Source: Octopus vulgaris
Lineage: Eukaryota
Assembly: GCA_951406725.2 (NCBI GenBank)
Contig: OX597830.1
Coordinates: forward strand, 35,960,001-36,024,000
Length of the DNA stretch: 64,000 nt
Direction: 5' to 3'
Below, one piece after another: positions 1 to 14,789 of the stretch. Positions within the stretch are counted from its first letter, which is position 1. Each line of letters begins with the position of its first letter. Under the pieces are notes generated by a model, which did not search any database, had not been told where the DNA came from, and saw only the letters and a program-made list of their open reading frames with translations. Made by a program: the position numbers and the translations under genes.

Positions 1-361
1 CAGCATTAAATGACAAAAGCTGAAACAAAGCAAGGAAATTTTAATGTTTTATTTTCGGGGGGAATTGTTTTTCTTTCCCTCCCTATCTACCTGCTTACTT
101 GCAGAGCCATTCCCACCCCCTACTTTAAAACTTTCCTAGCAAAATACATATTCATCTATAGAGGTTTAATATTTTCTCTAAATTATTTATGGATTCCATC
201 TCTAAATATAAATATATTAAATGAACTACTGGAGCTGGTTGTAGTGTATCTGCAGGGTTAGAATGAAAGACAAATAGAAAATACAAAAAAACTAAAGAGG
301 AACTGCCAAAAAAGAACAAAAGATATAAGCAGGAAAAAAAAAACACGAGAAGACGAAGCAA

Positions 362-416
<55 letters not shown>

Positions 417-560
417 TACCTGCACATACACACACATATATATATATATATAATTGTAATTCGTAATTCGAAATATTGTCATGCAAATTGCCCAAGGGAC
501 CATCAGTATGATTATTTCCCTCTGGTAACGCAGCACTTATGCCCACTGCGTAATAAACTA

Positions 561-599
<39 letters not shown>

Positions 600-622
600 C
601 ATACATGTATATTTATATATTT

Positions 623-653
<31 letters not shown>

Positions 654-1119
654 TATATATATATATATTGTGAATGTATGTACACGTAGGTAAACGTGAG
701 GAAAGACTACTCATAAATCAACGAAGATTCCTACAAATGCACGCACAAATACACATAAACACACACATACGCGCACACCCACCACACACTCATGTACACA
801 GACATTCACCTCCACACACACACATGTAAGTACTTATTCATTTACGTACATTTTCAATAATACACCTACATCATTGCTTTTGTTTTGCTTTTGTTTTACG
901 TTCGATTTGTGGAAGGCGTTAGGATTTTTGGGTGTTTTTTTGTTTGCTTTTTTTTGTTTTGTTTTGTTTTTTGTTTTTGCAAATAATTTTTTTAATAAAA
1001 CATTCACTAAGACAAATAAATGTTCTGCAATATTTTTATGCAGATTATATTTCCAGTTCTATTATTTTTTGTCTTTTCCCTTATTTTCTACTCTATGCAC
1101 AATGCCTGGAATCTTTTAT

Positions 1120-1572
1120 AGAAAGGGTGGGGATAGTCGATCATCACATCAACCCCAGTTTTTCACAGGTACTAAATTTATCGATCCATTTAAAAAGTGA
1201 AGGGCATAGTTCATCTTGGCAGAATTTGAACTCAGAACGTAGCGCAGACGAAATACCTATTTCTTTACTACCCACACGGGGCTACACGCAGAGGACACAA
1301 ACAAGGACAGACAAACGGATTAAGTTGATTATATCGACTCCAGTGCGTAACTGGTAGTTTATTTAATCGACCCCGATGAAAGGCAAAGTCGACCTCGGTG
1401 GAATTTGAACTCAGAACATAAAGACAGACGAAATACCTATTTCTTTACTACCCACAAGGGGCTAAACACAGAGAGGACGAACAAGGACAGACATACGGAT
1501 TAAGTCGATTATATATACCCCAGTGCGTAACTGGTACTTATTTAATCGACCCCGAAAGGATGAAAGGCAAAG
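1120..1572 (-). mobile_element. tRNA-derived SINE family A, about 3 tandem partial units
   Basis: Reverse complement of the window's recurrent consensus GGCGGCGAGCTGGCAGAA..GAGTTCAAATTCC (B-box-like)..GTCGACTTTGCCTTTCATCCTTTCGGGGTCGATAAA..GTACCAG; central part resembles the Meta-SINE domain; about 180-bp internal period. Confidence 0.85.
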
Positions 1573-1736
1573 TTGGCAGTAAAATATCGTTTCTTTTCTA
1601 GTATTTTCGTTAAAAGGCTGCATCCTTCAAGTCTTCCTTTATCTAATTCCATGGATGTTATTGGATTAGATTTGTTTTTGAATGACGAACCTGCTTTAGT
1701 ACATCCATGTTCTTCTTCTTTTTCTTCGTCTTCTTA

Positions 1737-1857
<121 letters not shown>

Positions 1858-1860
1858 ATA

Positions 1861-2562
1861 AGGCGGCGAGCTGGTGTAATCGTTAACCTGCCGGACGAAA
1901 TGCTTAGCAGTATTTCGCTCGTCGCTACGATTTGAGTTCAAATTCAGTCGAGTTCAAATTCCTCCGGGGTCGACTTTGCATTTCATCTCTTCGGGGTCGA
2001 TTAAATATGTACAAGTTACGCACTGGGGTCGGTGTAAACGACTTAATCCCTTCTCCCAAATTTGAGCCCTTGTGCTTCCAACAGAAAGGATTACTATTAT
2101 TATTACTGTTATTGAGGCGGTGAGCTGGCTGAATGGTTAGCACCCCGGACAAAATTCTTGGGGACATTTCGTTCGTCTTTATGCTCTGAGTTCAAATTCC
2201 ACCGACTTTGCCTTTCATTCTTTCAGTCTCGTTAAAGTAAGTACCAGCTGTGCAATGAGGTTGATATAATTAAATTACCCGCTTCCAGCGAAATTGCTGT
2301 CCGTGTGCCAACATTTGAAGCTATTATTATTGATGATGATAATGATGGTGGTTGTAAGGCGGCAAGCTGGCAGAAACGTTAGAACACCGGGCGAAATGCT
2401 TAGCGGTATTTCGTCTGTCTCTATGTTCTGAGTTCAAATTCCGCCGATGTCGACTTCGCTTTTTGGGATCGAAAAATAAACTACCAGTTACGTACTGGGA
2501 TCGATCTAATCGACTGGCCACCTCCCCCAAATTTCAAGCCCTATGCCTAGAGTAGAAAATAA
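1861..2562 (+). mobile_element. Three head-to-tail SINE family A copies (about 1861-2095, 2115-2325, 2357-2562)
   Basis: Each begins AGGCGGYRAGCTGG, carries GAGTTCAAATTC and the central domain, and is separated from the next by a short ATT/GAT-type tail. Confidence 0.88.
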
Positions 2563-3017
2563 TAGTGTGTGGTTGTGTTGCTGTTGTTTTCGTTGCCGTT
2601 ATTGTCTTCGGTGTTGTTTATTGTCGACGCTGAACATACTTTTGAAACTCTGTTAGAAAGTGCTTTTTTTTCCTTTATAGAAGTTAATATTTTCTTTAAT
2701 TTCAGCGTTTCTTACTTGACATGAACCATAAGGAACTGATAAACCGCTAGTGTTATTTGCCCTACAGGGTCAAAGTTAGAAAGAAAAAAATTTTTTGAAG
2801 AATAGAAAAGTTTTTTCGTATAAACTGAAATAGGAAAAAATATACGTATAAAGAAGAAACACAAAGAGAAATGTATCATGCATATAATATATGCATATAT
2901 AATGCATATATAAGGCAAATTAAAATGCGTGTGTGTATGTGTGTGTGTGTGTTTTTGTGTATATATCCTATATATAACTCTACACAAATATATACTTACG
3001 TATAACATCATACATAT

Positions 3018-3154
<137 letters not shown>

Positions 3155-3439
3155 TGTGTGTGTGTGTGTATGTATATATGTATGTATGTATGCATGGCAT
3201 GTATAATTACAAAGGGGAAGAGAAAACGGGTGCCTTAAAGATCGATGGGTAGATAATTGCAGAAAAGTGATTGTTTAAAACAAAGGAGGAACAGGAATAT
3301 TATATGAAATGGAAGAGAAAGTTTATTTCATAACAAAAAAGTAACATTACATGCACGAGAAACGAACAGTAAAAAACAAAAGGGAAAGATAAATTATAAG
3401 GTTGAGAATGAATATTGAAAGTAAGAATAATAGAATACT

Positions 3440-3629
3440 GATGGAATTTATGAAAAAGAGGAAATGAACGAGAGATCGACTGAGAGCTATAATGTGGGAG
3501 AGTGTGTGTTCGTGCATGCGCATATTAGTGTATGCAGTTATATACACACATATATATATATATAAGGTGTATTATACATACACGCAAACATATATATAAG
3601 GTATATTATATTTATATATATATATAATA

Positions 3630-3710
<81 letters not shown>

Positions 3711-3806
3711 TGTGTGTGTTTGAATAAGAATGAATCAAAGTTTCGCTGTATACGAGTATTTAGAGAATTAGGCAATTAACGTAAGATAAAATTTTACAAT
3801 GTTATG

Positions 3807-3846
<40 letters not shown>

Positions 3847-4766
3847 TATACATATATATACATATATATACATATATATGTATATATATAAATATATATA
3901 TATATTTACATATACATATATGCATACAAACATACATACATGCATATACATATGTATATGTGATAGAGAGAGGAGAGAGAAGAGATAGAAAAGGGAGTGG
4001 GTGGTGATACACACATATATAAGCATGTATATTATATTTATATGCATAAATACGTTTTGTTCTTCTAAAGACGATAAGTAATTTTTTAAATTTTATTCTA
4101 ATTATATGTCATATCAGTGAATGTGTCTGCTTCTAAGTGTATGTCAATATGTATGTACGTGTGTTTGTAATTCTGTTGTTCTAACCTAAACTGTAAATAT
4201 AATGTTATTATTAATCTCTTTTGTTTGTATTCAAAAAACTCGAAGCCTCATATTGTCTCCCCATTTATATACAGTTGTATTATATCTGTACTTTCATTCG
4301 AATCAATTGCATGCATGTATTCAGTTCAAAATAATGGTATTCACGTTGCATTTTGTTATAGAAATCAAGTAAGATGCTTAGTTGTAAGTAAATAAAGTTA
4401 TGAAAAACATGTTTCTGTTCAAAAATCTTAGCTGCTCATCAGATATTTCAGATTTTAGGTTCTTATTTCTTTCACTATTGTATAGTAGCACCAAAGTGGG
4501 ATCCTGAGTGCAAAGGGACAGTAGAGCGCTGTAAAACCACATGGCGAAGAACCATTACCAAGCAAATAGCAAATGAGATGGAATTTATGAAAAAGAGGAA
4601 ATGAACGAGAGATCGACTGAGAGCTATAATGTGGGAGAGTGTGGGTTCGTGCATGCGCATATTAGTGTATGCAGTTATATACACACATATATATATATAT
4701 AAGGTGTATTATACATACACGCAAACATATATATAAGGTATATTATATTTATATATATATATAATA

Positions 4767-4849
<83 letters not shown>

Positions 4850-4945
4850 TGTGTGTGTTTGAATAAGAATGAATCAAAGTTTCGCTGTATACGAGTATTT
4901 AGAGAATTAGGCAATTAACGTAAGATAAAATTTTACAATGTTATG

Positions 4946-4991
<46 letters not shown>

Positions 4992-5724
4992 TATACATAT
5001 ATATACATATATATACATATATATGCATGTATATATATAAATATATATATATATATATTTACATATACATATATGCATACAAACATACATACATGCATAT
5101 ACATATGTATATGTGATAGAGAGAGGAGAGAGAAGAGATAGAAAAGGGAGTGGGTGGTGATACACACATATATAAGCATGTATATTATATTTATATGCAT
5201 AAATACGTTTTGTTCTTCTAAAGACGATAAGTAATTTTTTAAATTTTATTCTAATTATATGTCATATCAGTGAATGTGTCTGCTTCTAAGTGTATGTCAA
5301 TATGTATGTACGTGTGTTTGTAATTCTGTTGTTCTATTACCTAAACTGTAAATATAATGTTATTATTAATCTCTTTTGTTTGTATTCAAAAAACTCGAAG
5401 CCTCATATTGTCTCCCCATTTATATACAGTTGTATTATATCTGTACTTTCATTCGAATCAATTGCATGCATGTATTCAGTTCAAAATAATGGTATTCACG
5501 TTGCATTTTGTTATAGAAATCAAGTAAGATGCTTAGTTGTAAGTAAATAAAGTTATGAAAAACATGTTTCTGTTCAAAAATCTTAGCTGCTCATCAGATA
5601 TTTCAGATTTTAGGTTCTTATTTCTTTCACTATTGTATAGTAGCACCAAAGTGGGATCCTGAGTGCAAAGGGACAGTAGAGCGCTGTAAAACCACATGGC
5701 GAAGAACCATTACCAAGCAAATAG
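3440..5724. repeat. Near-identical tandem duplication, about 1.14-kb unit (3440-4569 and 4577-5724)
   Basis: Both copies run from GATGGAATTTATGAAAAAGAGG to ACCATTACCAAGCAAATAG, with 7 nt of filler (CAAATGA) at the junction. Confidence 0.95.
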
Positions 5725-5833
5725 ACTAGAAGGCTGGAGAAGCTGGAACGAGATGAAAACAGTGGCAGCAAATAGAGCTGGTTGGAGACATTGTCTTGCG
5801 GTCTTATGTCCCTCATGCCATGGAGAGAATTAA
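5640..5833 (+). pseudogene. RTE-type LINE ORF C-terminal relic
   Basis: Translates as VAPKWDPECKGTVERCKTTWRRTITKQID, frameshift, LEGWRSWNEMKTVAANRAGWRHCLAVLCPSCHGEN*; resembles the W-P-GKR-RGRPK-TWRR...A-DR--WR-----LC tail of RTE ORFs. Confidence 0.75.
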
Positions 5834-6387
5834 TTCCTTGTAGTTGAGATCTTTGTCTTCCGTATTTTAAAGTTTCATCCATTTCTGTCGTTTAAAATTC
5901 AGACATGATCCAGTTGTTTCAGATCAAAATTATCCACAAAGTATTCTCGAGCCAATTGGAACAGAAATCTTTAAACACCGTAAAATCTGAATGTACGACT
6001 GAATATTTTAAGGTGAGTTTTTGCAAGCTCGCTCAATAAAATATTCTCCTTTTATGAAAGGCAGCAACCCTTCTCATATTACAACCCATCCAAATTGACT
6101 TACCACGTAATGATGACAGGTAAGCTTAACTGGATCGTATTTGAAATCAAAATACAATAAATTGAAGCAAATTACCGCACTATATTCCATGTAGATTAAA
6201 TGCAATCAAACCATGCAATCAAACCATGCAATCTCAGCATGAGTATTTAATTCTACAATGTCTGGTTTGTGCGTTTTCTTTGAAGCTGCTGGGCGTTGTT
6301 ATTTAAAGACGATTTTGGTTCTATTTCTAGCTCCTCGAGCGATCTCGTAGAGGTTAGCTTGTTAGATTATGTGACAACTCCTGGACT

Positions 6388-6560
<173 letters not shown>

Positions 6561-8129
6561 TTCTGTAGCTGTTATTGCTGCTGCTGCTGCTCTTTTTGTT
6601 ACCGTTGTTGTTATGTTATTGTTGTAATTGTTGTTGAACATCCATGATCGAAGCAGACTTATGATAAGAGCTGATAGTCATGGCCGGAAATTCTTCCAAC
6701 CATGACTACCTAGGGTATTTTTTCTCTGGGATACAACAAATGTATCATATTTTGAGCCAACAGCTTATGGTTTGAGGGAGACTTGACTTCCTTTTCTAGC
6801 TAGTCAAATAGCCATATAATCGTTTCCTCCATTGCTCACATGCTGAACTCTTGTGATAAATAGTGGAATTTGTTATCATAAAATTTACAGAGATGCTCCA
6901 AGCTCAAGTATCACATCTGGTTTTAGAGATATAAATTTCATGCAACCATTTTGAAGCTTACTTTGAATGTTCGAGTTTTCATGGTGTTCAATAATAAAGA
7001 TTTTTCGTTTATTTGTAAGGTTGTGGTAAATCGGAAAGATCAATACAAGAGAAGCACAAAATGTGTTTTACAGGGTGGCCCTCGGATATAAGAAGGGCTT
7101 CTTAAGGTGGGTTGTGGTCGAAGAAAAACGTAGTTAAAATGGCCGTTCTAAATCCTTCACAAACAATATAGCTGAGAGAAAATACCAGAGGCGAGAGTTT
7201 TGTATACTGAATATCAATAATTAGATTACGTTCCACACATGTTAATTATTCGTTTATTGTGATTTAAAGAAACAAATGCACCTCATTCAGAAACAAACAA
7301 AAGAAAATCGAATAGTGTAGGCATAATCTTTTGCATACCGATTGTAGTATTCTGGTTGCTGTACTCTAATAAGATTCCTCTACTTGTTACCTCTCAGAAG
7401 CACCAAAAGCTCAGTCCTCTCCTTCCTCGCTTCAAAATATGCCAATTTCCTAACAATGTGTCCAAATGCAGGTTTTCATTTGACTTCTGATGAACGGAGT
7501 TGCAATTTAATGAACGTTGCTTCACCAAACTTATTTTAGTTGTCAGGTTTGATTTTTTATATATATTTTGTAAGTTTAAGGTATGTGTGTATGTCTGTCT
7601 GGGTGTGCAGTTGCACGTATATGAATAGACATCTACGCTTGTGTATGCGCATAGGAATGTATTTGCGTGTCTGTGGTATTTTACTGACTAGGATAATACA
7701 ACGTGTAGTGATGCAATTTCTGTTAAGTGGCAACTTTATTGCAAATAATCAACTGTCAGAACAATGTAGCCTTCGTGTTCGTGTATTCCTGTTGGCGTAA
7801 TTATATCATTTTAGATATGTGTGCATATGTAAGTTTCTATATGTGTTTCGATATGTGTCTGTGTGCGTATCTGTCCGCCTGTGTTTCTGGGTATTTGTGC
7901 ATTCATGTGAGTGATTGTGTTGTTGTATGTTTGCAAGTATATAGCGACATTTCTGATACAATCTATTACAACATCAGTGCTTGTTAAAAAACTCTTTTGT
8001 TTCTAAATCATAGTGCGATCTTCATACATACAGTAATACATATAACAATGAATGATTGAAAGAATTTCACCAACAGAATTCCTATAGACCTTCCAATATG
8101 TGTGTGTGTGTGTGTTTGTGTGTGTATTT

Positions 8130-8286
8130 AATAATGACAATAATAATAACGATGATAATAATAATAACAATAATAATAATAATAATAATAATAATGATGA
8201 TGATAATAATAATGATAATAATGATAATAATAATAATAATAATGATAATAATAATAATAACAATAATAACAATAATAATAATAATG

Positions 8287-8324
<38 letters not shown>

Positions 8325-8438
8325 GATAATGATAATAATGATAATAATAATAATAATAATAATAATAACGATAATAACAATAATAATAATAATGATGATA
8401 ATAATGATAATAATAATGATGATGATAATAATAATAAC

Positions 8439-8514
<76 letters not shown>

Positions 8515-8533
8515 GTAATAATAATAATAATAA
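8130..8533. repeat. Imperfect (AAT)n microsatellite, about 400 bp
   Basis: Direct reading. Confidence 0.97.
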
Positions 8534-9033
8534 TTGGAAGGGTTATGTACGTTGATTTGTCTTGGTATAAGAGATGGGCTACACCAAATATTCTGCTCAA
8601 TACCATAGATTTGCTTGTCACTTGTTTGACCTTAACCAATTGAGCATGTCCCTTGGTGGTTGACGATATGTACATCTCTGATCACGAGCAAAAGTAGTGG
8701 GCGAGCATCATAGCCATGTGTTGAGAGAGATTCTTTGGTGTTTGAATAATTCACCTTTGGAGACATGGGTGTTTCGTTCAACATCCTTAAACAACCCTTA
8801 GTCAGGGACCTTTTGAGCGGGATGGGTTACTCAACCAGAAGAAAATCCTAACAGGGGCCAACCTGCAAGGTCATGTGCTGTTTATCTTGATATGAGATCA
8901 CCGTGTCGCGCACATATGGTTGTGATGCATGTACCTAGTGTACCTTTATCAGACGGGTAGTCATGATGGGTATAATGGGCATCGTATATTTTACCCTAGT
9001 GTCACTTTGATGGCATTCACTGCTCTCTCACTC
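8534..9033 (+). mobile_element. About 500-bp insert embedded in (AAT)n, probably the 3' UTR of a 5'-truncated LINE
   Basis: Complex, GC-richer block with sharp boundaries, flanked on both sides by (AAT)n in the same orientation; same geometry as the RLE elements at 13.7 and 43.5 kb; no recognisable coding. Confidence 0.5.
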
Positions 9034-9115
<82 letters not shown>

Positions 9116-9589
9116 GTAAGTAACAAGAAAAGAATGAGACCTCGATATTTGATAGATAGAGGATTATCTATATATGTTATAATTTAGGACAAACAGTAAA
9201 AGGTTGCCATTATAGTTCGTATATTTTCAGGAAAGGAAAACGTTACTGAGCCAGTTGACTATTTCTTTTCTCTGTCCATTCCTCGCAAGAATAAAATATA
9301 TTACAGTTAAGTTTGGCCTATTTGTGTATATAATATGCAATTGGCTATGAGGTAGTCACTAATATTTCCATCGATATGTTTATATTGCAAACCGTTTTAA
9401 AGTATAGACGACGAGAATGTATCATAGCTCTTCGCTCCGACGTTCGAAACCGTGAGTACTATACTTTTTACTGTTTGTTCTAAATTTTAACATGTATATA
9501 CATACATAACTGTATGTTCGCTTTTTTTTCAGATTACAGGCTGGCAGCGATGATGGTGATGATGATGATGATGATGATGACGACGACGC

Positions 9590-9800
9590 ATTACTCTTTA
9601 CTCTTTTACTTCTTTCAGTCATTTGACTGCAGCCATGCAGGAGCACCGCCTTTAGTCGAGCAAATCGACCCCAAGACTTATTCTTTGTAAGCTTAGTACG
9701 TATTCTGTCGGTCTCTTTGCCGAACCGCTAAGTAAAGGGGACGTAAACACATCAACATCGGTTGTCAAGCGATGTTGGGAAGACAAACACAGACACAAAA

Positions 9801-9881
<81 letters not shown>

Positions 9882-10045
9882 GACGGACTTCTTACTGTTT
9901 CCGTCTACCAAATCCACTCACAAGGCTTTGGTCGGCCCGAAGCTATAGTAGAAGACATTTGCACAATGTGCCACGCAGTGGGACTGAAACCGGAACCATG
10001 TGGTTCGTAAGCAAGCTACTTACCACACAGCCACTCCTACACCTA
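9590..10045 (-). mobile_element. tRNA-derived SINE family B (internal TA/CA microsatellite), near full length
   Basis: Minus strand reads GGAGTGGCTGTGTGGTAAG (A-box-like)..GGTTCCGGTTTCAGTCCC (B-box-like)..GCAAATGTCTTCTACTATAG..internal microsatellite..GCATGGCTGCAGTCAAATGACTGAAA tail; related fragments near 13430, 17700, 20560, 24370, 51540, 52200, 52750 and 57015. Confidence 0.85.
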
Positions 10046-10321
10046 TTGTACATGTGTTTTGAAATATTTATCATATATTCCGGAGAAATGTTTAGCCTGT
10101 ATGAACAGAAATGCGAAAAGTGCGTAAAGAGTCATTAGAAATAAACTACAAGCGCCCTAGTATACTAATTAAGGTTGTAACATATTCCATAAACAGACAA
10201 TACTAACAAATAAACAAAAATCCAAATATATATATACATATATGTATATGAATTAAAATATATCTATATATATCCATATATGTTTGATTTGCATAATACT
10301 GGTTTTGTCTCTAATTAATAT

Positions 10322-10421
<100 letters not shown>

Positions 10422-11223
10422 TATATATATATATATGATGTATGATATATATTCGCTATATGTGTATATATATATATATGATGTATGATATATATTCACC
10501 ATACATTTTCAAGAAAGGAAAATGTTGCTGAGCCAGTTGACTATTTCTTTTCTATGTCCATTACTCGCAAGAATAAAAGATATCAGAGTTAAGTTTGGCC
10601 TACTTGTAAATATAATATGCCATTGGCTATGCGTTACTAATATTACTATCACTCTGTTTATACTGGGAACCGTTTTAAAGTATCGTTCATTATTTTTGGT
10701 GATCAGCCTCTATTTAATAACACACAATATATGGCTTATACGAAATTCGCATAAATATTTCTTTTTTGCCATATAATTCAATTATATATTTAGTTCGTAT
10801 CTATATGTCTCTGTATATATTTATGTATATACTTTGTATCACCTTGTCAAAATCTGTGATATGTAGCCATATAATTCCGAGCTTGAAACGAAATTTTTTT
10901 TCACCCGAAATATAATTTCGGCGTCATAATCAATGACAATAGGAATGTGGACTTCGGAGTATTTATACATTTTTCATCAAGTATAATACGGTGTATATAT
11001 TTATATTCATATAGTTACATGTATTAATAGTTAGGTGTATATAGATATATTAACATAAATGTATATATATATACATAGAGAGAGAGAGGGGGGGATACAG
11101 GAAAAAAGGAGAGAGTGAAGGAGGGAGTAGGAGAGAAAGAAATTTTGCTTGGTAGTTAGAGGGATAGATAAACAAATATTTCAAAGCATAGTTAAAGCGG
11201 AAAAGTAGAGCTGTGTTTGAGTA

Positions 11224-11343
<120 letters not shown>

Positions 11344-11365
11344 CATGCATACATACATGCATACA

Positions 11366-11433
<68 letters not shown>

Positions 11434-11555
11434 TTGTATGTATAAATGCTTATATCCTTATTGACATACACGATGCGCCGTGTTTTCATGTACGTCTATG
11501 CACATGCACACGCAACCACTTAAATATACACACCAAAGCATAAACATATATATAA

Positions 11556-11612
<57 letters not shown>

Positions 11613-11667
11613 TATATGTATATATATATATATGCATGCATATATATATATATACATACGTATATAT

Positions 11668-11780
<113 letters not shown>

Positions 11781-12045
11781 ATTAAAATAAAAAAAATTCT
11801 TTTTGAAGATATATTATTCAGTTAGTATTCAAATTTTGTATAATATATCAAAGGTATTTCGTGTAACATATCAAATTTATATATCAATTTCCGAAACAAA
11901 GAATATCAAAGAACTTTCCGAAGCTGGACCCGGAATTTTGTTTCTCTCACCCATTCTCTCTCTGTCTCTCTCTTTCTCACCCTTTCTTTCTTTCTTTCTC
12001 TTCATATTTACCTATATACATACATATATATATACACATATATAC

Positions 12046-12086
<41 letters not shown>

Positions 12087-12136
12087 TATATACGTATATA
12101 TATATATATATATATATATCTATATCTCTCTATCTA

Positions 12137-12167
<31 letters not shown>

Positions 12168-12316
12168 GGATATACATTCCCCCCCACACACACACACACA
12201 CACATTCACAACACAATTATGTGTATATTATCTGCAGCAATAATATTTCGATAATATGTTTGACTAACGGTTACAACCTCATCGACGATAACGATGACGA
12301 CAGTAACAGCAACAAT

Positions 12317-12348
<32 letters not shown>

Positions 12349-12970
12349 GTGCAACAACATGTAATACCGCAACAACTACAACAGCAATAAAACAACAACA
12401 AAAAAACGACAGCTTTGTTACCCCAATCGCCTGCATCTTACCGATGTAATCATCAGAATGCAATGAAAGCGCTTTGAAGCTAACATGGATATAACTGTTC
12501 CTAATATTGATGTAGTTTTTTATCTTTATTATTATCATCATCATCAACATCTTCATCATCCTCGTCAACATCTTCATCATCAATATCGCCATCATCATCA
12601 TCATCATCATCATCATTATTAATATTATTATTATTATTATTGTTATTATTATTATTATTGCCGAGTAAGGAAATCACTACCTTTATTATTGTTGTTGTAG
12701 TTTTTCTACAAAAAAATCAATTATTGTTATTGTTGTATTTTAAGGGGTAACATTGTAAAAAAAACAAAAAACAAAAATCGATGGTTTCGGAAATTTTATT
12801 ATTATTAAAAAGGTATATTGTTATTATTCTTATCATCATCATCATCATCATGTTCATCATGTTCATCATCATCATCATCATCATTATCGTCATTATCATC
12901 ACCATCATCATCATCGTCATTATCATCACCATCATCATCATCATCATCATCATTAGTATTATTATCATTA

Positions 12971-13042
<72 letters not shown>

Positions 13043-13333
13043 CATTGACAACACCCTAGCTAGTCGTCTCTCACTGTCATTGTTATTGCTCTCATTTATG
13101 ATATTAGCTGCATCATTTTTTTGCAATTTGATAAAATATCACTATTTACCCGTTTTGTTTTTCTTTTAAAATTCATTTCTAGTATTATTATTTATCATGT
13201 TCTTATTTATTTAATAAAAAAATATAGATAATTATATTTAATTTTATTAGGAATTTAATTCCTGCTATTTTTCGTTCCCCAAAGACACACACAAATACAC
13301 ATACATATATGACATATATGCATGTGTGTGTGT

Positions 13334-13388
<55 letters not shown>

Positions 13389-13568
13389 TTATATATATAT
13401 ATATATACACGTATATACAGGTATATATAGGTGCAGGTGGGGCAATGTGGTAAGAAGATTACATCCTGTCTAGAAGGTTCCGGGTTCAGTTCCATAGCGT
13501 GGCACCTTAATCATGTGTTCTCAACAATCGCCTGGATTTTGCAGACGTAATCTGAAGGAAGACCGTCG

Positions 13569-13618
<50 letters not shown>

Positions 13619-13664
13619 TATGTGTGTGTATGTATATGTATATGTATTATTATTATTATTATTA

Positions 13665-13701
<37 letters not shown>

Positions 13702-13702
13702 C

Positions 13703-14085
13703 ATTTATTGTCTTTGCACAGCTTCTATTGGTGGAGATGTACTACGGTGCCAGCTGTTCTCTACCAGTGAACAACCCTTAATTTTTGAGCACCATCCGAA
13801 ATATTCGAGCGGTTCCAAATAGTGATTTTTCTGCAGGGGCTCCACCCTTATTGCAGCCCCTATTTGCTCCATGTATTTACACACTGTTCCCCAGGGCTCC
13901 GACAATTATTGGTACTATTACCACCTTTTTCATCGACCACATTTGCTTAACTTCCCAAGCTAACTAGACATATCTGTCGACTTTTCTTTCTTCGTTATCG
14001 CATACCTTGTTGTCAGCTGGGCATGCTATATCTATGATCCAGCATCTTTTGCTTACTTTCCCAATTAACACTATGTCTGAGATTT
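13703..14085 (-). mobile_element. 5'-truncated RLE-type (R4/Dong-like) LINE 3' end inside an (AAT)n tract
   Basis: Minus strand translates DIVLIGKVSKRCWIIDIACPADNKVCDNEERKVDRYV*LAWEVKQMWSMKKVVIVPIIVGALG..KYMEQIGAAIRVEPLQK..LFGTARIFRMVL*, matching the PD-(D/E)xK endonuclease C-terminus; ATT repeats on both flanks. Confidence 0.88.
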
Positions 14086-14121
14086 AATTATTATTACTAG
14101 GATTATTATTATTATTATTAC

Positions 14122-14193
<72 letters not shown>

Positions 14194-14197
14194 CATT

Positions 14198-14313
<116 letters not shown>

Positions 14314-14339
14314 TATCATCATCATCATTATTATTATTC

Positions 14340-14500
14340 AAGGAGTACATAAACAGCCAACAACTGATGAAGGGTCGTTCTCTGTGTTTACTTGTCTTGT
14401 TTTCTAATACCTACCTCGCCGTTTGCGTACGTAACTAATTTGTTTTCGTATTTCACGATGTTCACAAAGTTGGTGACATCCTGTACTCATATGCATATAT
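14340..14500 (+). repeat. Fragment of an interspersed repeat also present at about 38500-38660 on the minus strand
   Basis: Shared AAGGAGTA..CAACTGATGAAGGGTC(G/C)TTCTCTGTGT..ACTTGTCTTGTTTTC..GTTGGTGAC(A/G)TCCTGTAC. Confidence 0.7.
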
Positions 14501-14545
14501 AGATATTTATATTACAACCCACCCATATATATGTATATATATATG

Positions 14546-14602
<57 letters not shown>

Positions 14603-14789
14603 CATATGTGTGTATTTTATTATTAAAGCTAGAAAAATATAACAAAAATAACAAAAACTGCTAGTCAGTTTCACGAGCTCGTTCGTTGGACAATTTTGCA
14701 TATACCTACCTACCTACCAACTTACCTACCTACCTACCTACCTACCTACCTACCTACCTACCATCCATCCATCCATCTATCTATCTGTG

